The translations under genes were made by a program, and so were the position numbers. From NCBI GenBank assembly GCA_050613775.1, contig JBODTK010000110.1, forward strand, positions 62,001 to 126,000: 64,000 nucleotides of DNA, written 5' to 3'. The notes below the pieces were generated by a model. It did no database searches and was not told the DNA's origin. It saw only the letters and a list, made by a program, of their open reading frames with translations. Origin of the DNA: Neocallimastix sp. 'constans' (Eukaryota). Shown here one piece after another: positions 61,450 to 64,000 of this stretch; positions within the stretch are counted from its first letter, which is position 1, and every line of letters starts with the position of its first letter.

Positions 61450-61569
61450 AAATTGGATTGTTTTAAATATTGCTATCAATTACCAAACAAGGATTATATT
61501 AAAACATAAAATATAACAACAGCAACAACAACAAAATATCTAAACAAAAAATCAAATATCAAAAATCAT

Positions 61570-61608
<39 letters not shown>

Positions 61609-61960
61609 TACATTTCTTTTGAAATAGTAAATATATATAAATATTATATAATATAAAAGTATTTGTACAATATTTTGTATAAATTAATACGTTATCAAGA
61701 CGTCATTAACTATTCTCTCAAATTTCATATCCAGATATATTTATTTAATATAAAAATTATTCACGTTGTTAATATAAAATATATATTAATTCAGTTTATC
61801 TTCCTTTTTTTATTATATTTTATTTTATTTTTTATTTTGTTTTTTCATGTTTTTTTTTTTTTTTTTGTGTGTGTGTGTTTTAATATAATATTGGATTGTT
61901 TTATATATTATTATTAATTACCAAACTAAGTAATTAATAATATTTAAAACAATCCAATTT
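61450..61960. mobile_element. Putative non-autonomous TIR element with a terminal hairpin
   Basis: AAATTGGATTGTTTTAAATATT (61450) is perfectly inverted at 61939-61960. A second left-arm copy at 61890 makes a ~70-bp hairpin. Confidence 0.5.
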
Positions 61961-63429
61961 TATTTTATTTTATTCAATCTGTACTTTATATTTATATTTC
62001 AACTATCTATTTTATTATATTATATTTTATTTTTATTAATAGTTTACTATTTTATAGTGCTTCACTCTTTATTTTGTTTTATTTAATTATAATTTTTGTT
62101 TCAACAGTCAATTCTTATTTTTTTTTTTTTATTTTTTTATTTTGTTTTTGTTCATGTTTGGTATTAATTTTTTTAAATTGAAATTGATGTTTTAGTCATT
62201 AATATTTATAATTCATGTTATTATACTTTTTTTTTTTTTTATTATTATTTATTTGTTTGTTTGTTTGTTTTTTATACAACAAAAAAAGTTTTTTTTTTTT
62301 CTTTTTTATTAATAATAATAATAATAATAATTTATATATATAAATCATTAAGATTTTGTAAAATTAATTTTTGTTTATTTCTAAAAAAAAAAAAAGGTAC
62401 AATTTTTCATTTAACTTGTTAATAGATAAAATGGCTAAGCTCTACCAAGTATATGTAAACCTTACTATTTTGATTATATTTAGAGAATTTATAATTAATA
62501 AAAAAAAAAAAAAAATACAAAGCAACGATAATTTTTATATTAAATTTTCAATATAAATGCAATAAATATAATGAAATAAAATTATCATAATTATAATTTA
62601 AAAATGTTAAAGGACATTTTTTTTATTCAGGAAAAAATTATATTATATTATATATAAAATTAAAAAAAAAATTAAATGTATCCACAAAAAAAAAAAAAAA
62701 AAATAAATAAATAAATAACGTGGTCTTTTTATATATAAATAATCCATAGAAAAGAAAATTCTTTAAATTACTATAACTTTACATTTATATGTTCTGTTAT
62801 TAATAATTTTAATAAATATTTATAATGACTGAGATTATAAAATTTAAATTATATATATATTTTTTTTTATTAATTTTATTTTATTTTATTTAACTGTCAC
62901 TCTATAGTTCATAAATAAAAAAAAAAAGTATTATCTCTTTAATCTTAAATAATTTTTTTTCTCTTCATTAAAGTTAACACATCTAAAACGATGTGAACTT
63001 CTGATAGTTTTTTTTTTTTTAAATAGACCCAAGAGTAATAAAAGAATGGTTAAGTCGTTCCAATATTGATAATAAGTGCTAGTAAACTTTATTAGGTTGG
63101 TTATATTAAATTTATGATAAATAAATCAATAAATATATAAAACATAAAGATAATTTTTCTTTATTTATTCATATATAAATATTTATATAAATATTTATAT
63201 ATATATTAATTTATTTATATTTATATATATATATTTTTTAAAAAAAAATCTTTATCATTATAAGGACATTTTTTTCATTTTTATTTTTATTTTTATTTTA
63301 ATATAAAAATTGAATAAATTTAATATTATAATATATTAAAATTTAAAAATTAATAATAATAATATTTTTATATGTAAATTGATATGAATTACAAATTTGA
63401 AATTATATTGAAAAAGAAATAAAAAACGT

Positions 63430-63469
<40 letters not shown>

Positions 63470-63539
63470 CATTTTATATATAATTGATCCATATTGTGAT
63501 ACCTTTTTTTATTATTTTTATTATTATAAAATAAAAAAG

Positions 63540-63930
63540 ATTAAACATTAAAAGGACTTTTTTTTTCCAGTTAATATATTTATATTCATTAGGATAAAGT
63601 AATATTAAATACATATTAAAAAAAATAATACATATATATATATATATACAAAATTTTTTTTTATTATTATAATATAAAATGATTAAACATTAAAAGGACT
63701 TTTTTTTTTGGTTAATATTTATATTCATTAAGACAAAATAATATTAAATACATATTAAAAAAAAAAAATGTATATATATATATATATATACAAATTTTTT
63801 TTTATTATTATATAATAAAAAAAAATTAAACATTAATAGGACTTTTTTTTTATTCCAATTTAAATTTATATTTATTAGGATATAGTAATATTAAATATAT
63901 ATTGAAAAAAATAATATATATGTATTATAT
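63540..63930. repeat. Tandem ~143-bp degenerate repeat (about 3 units)
   Basis: ATTAAACATTAA(A/T)AGGACTTTTTTTT...TAATATTAAATA recurs at ~63540, 63682 and 63825. Confidence 0.8.
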
Positions 63931-64000
63931 TTGAAAATTGACATAAAGAACAAATTTTATATTAAATTGAAAAAGAAATGAAACATGGAAAAAACGTGTC

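Noticed and set aside
61663..62556. Hydrophobic F/I/Y-rich short ORFs (also 50364-50552, 47602-47850, 30695-31009)
   Set aside because: Products of poly-T/AT low-complexity DNA or antisense to real exons.

Overview
Extremely AT-rich, intron-containing eukaryotic DNA. Gene content (CotH kinase, Asn-rich proteins, Cys-rich membrane-protein relic) and composition suggest an anaerobic gut fungus (Neocallimastigomycota); this is an inference. Host genes: a large Asn-rich tail-anchored protein (its apparent frameshift is an (AAT)n intron), HAS1 helicase, a BAP31/YET-like ER protein, MTAP/MEU1, a PH + SARAH-like protein, an MST/Hippo-like pseudokinase and a CotH protein. The main finding is a nested mobile-element stack at 11.36-26.88 kb. 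A tRNA-headed SINE inserted first. Two different, intact, very young Ty3/Gypsy LTR retrotransposons then inserted one after the other about 15 and 17 bp upstream of its tRNA-like Pol III promoter, splitting the SINE's own target-site duplication. This looks like Ty3-style Pol III-targeted integration using a SINE as landing pad. The two retrotransposons have unrelated LTRs but share a ~165-nt covarying leader RNA, a tRNA-Ala PBS, a UUUAAAC + pseudoknot -1 frameshift signal, an atypical PPT and a D-S-C protease site. A second, untargeted SINE copy lies at 35.67-36.11 kb. All alignments and RNA folds were done by eye.
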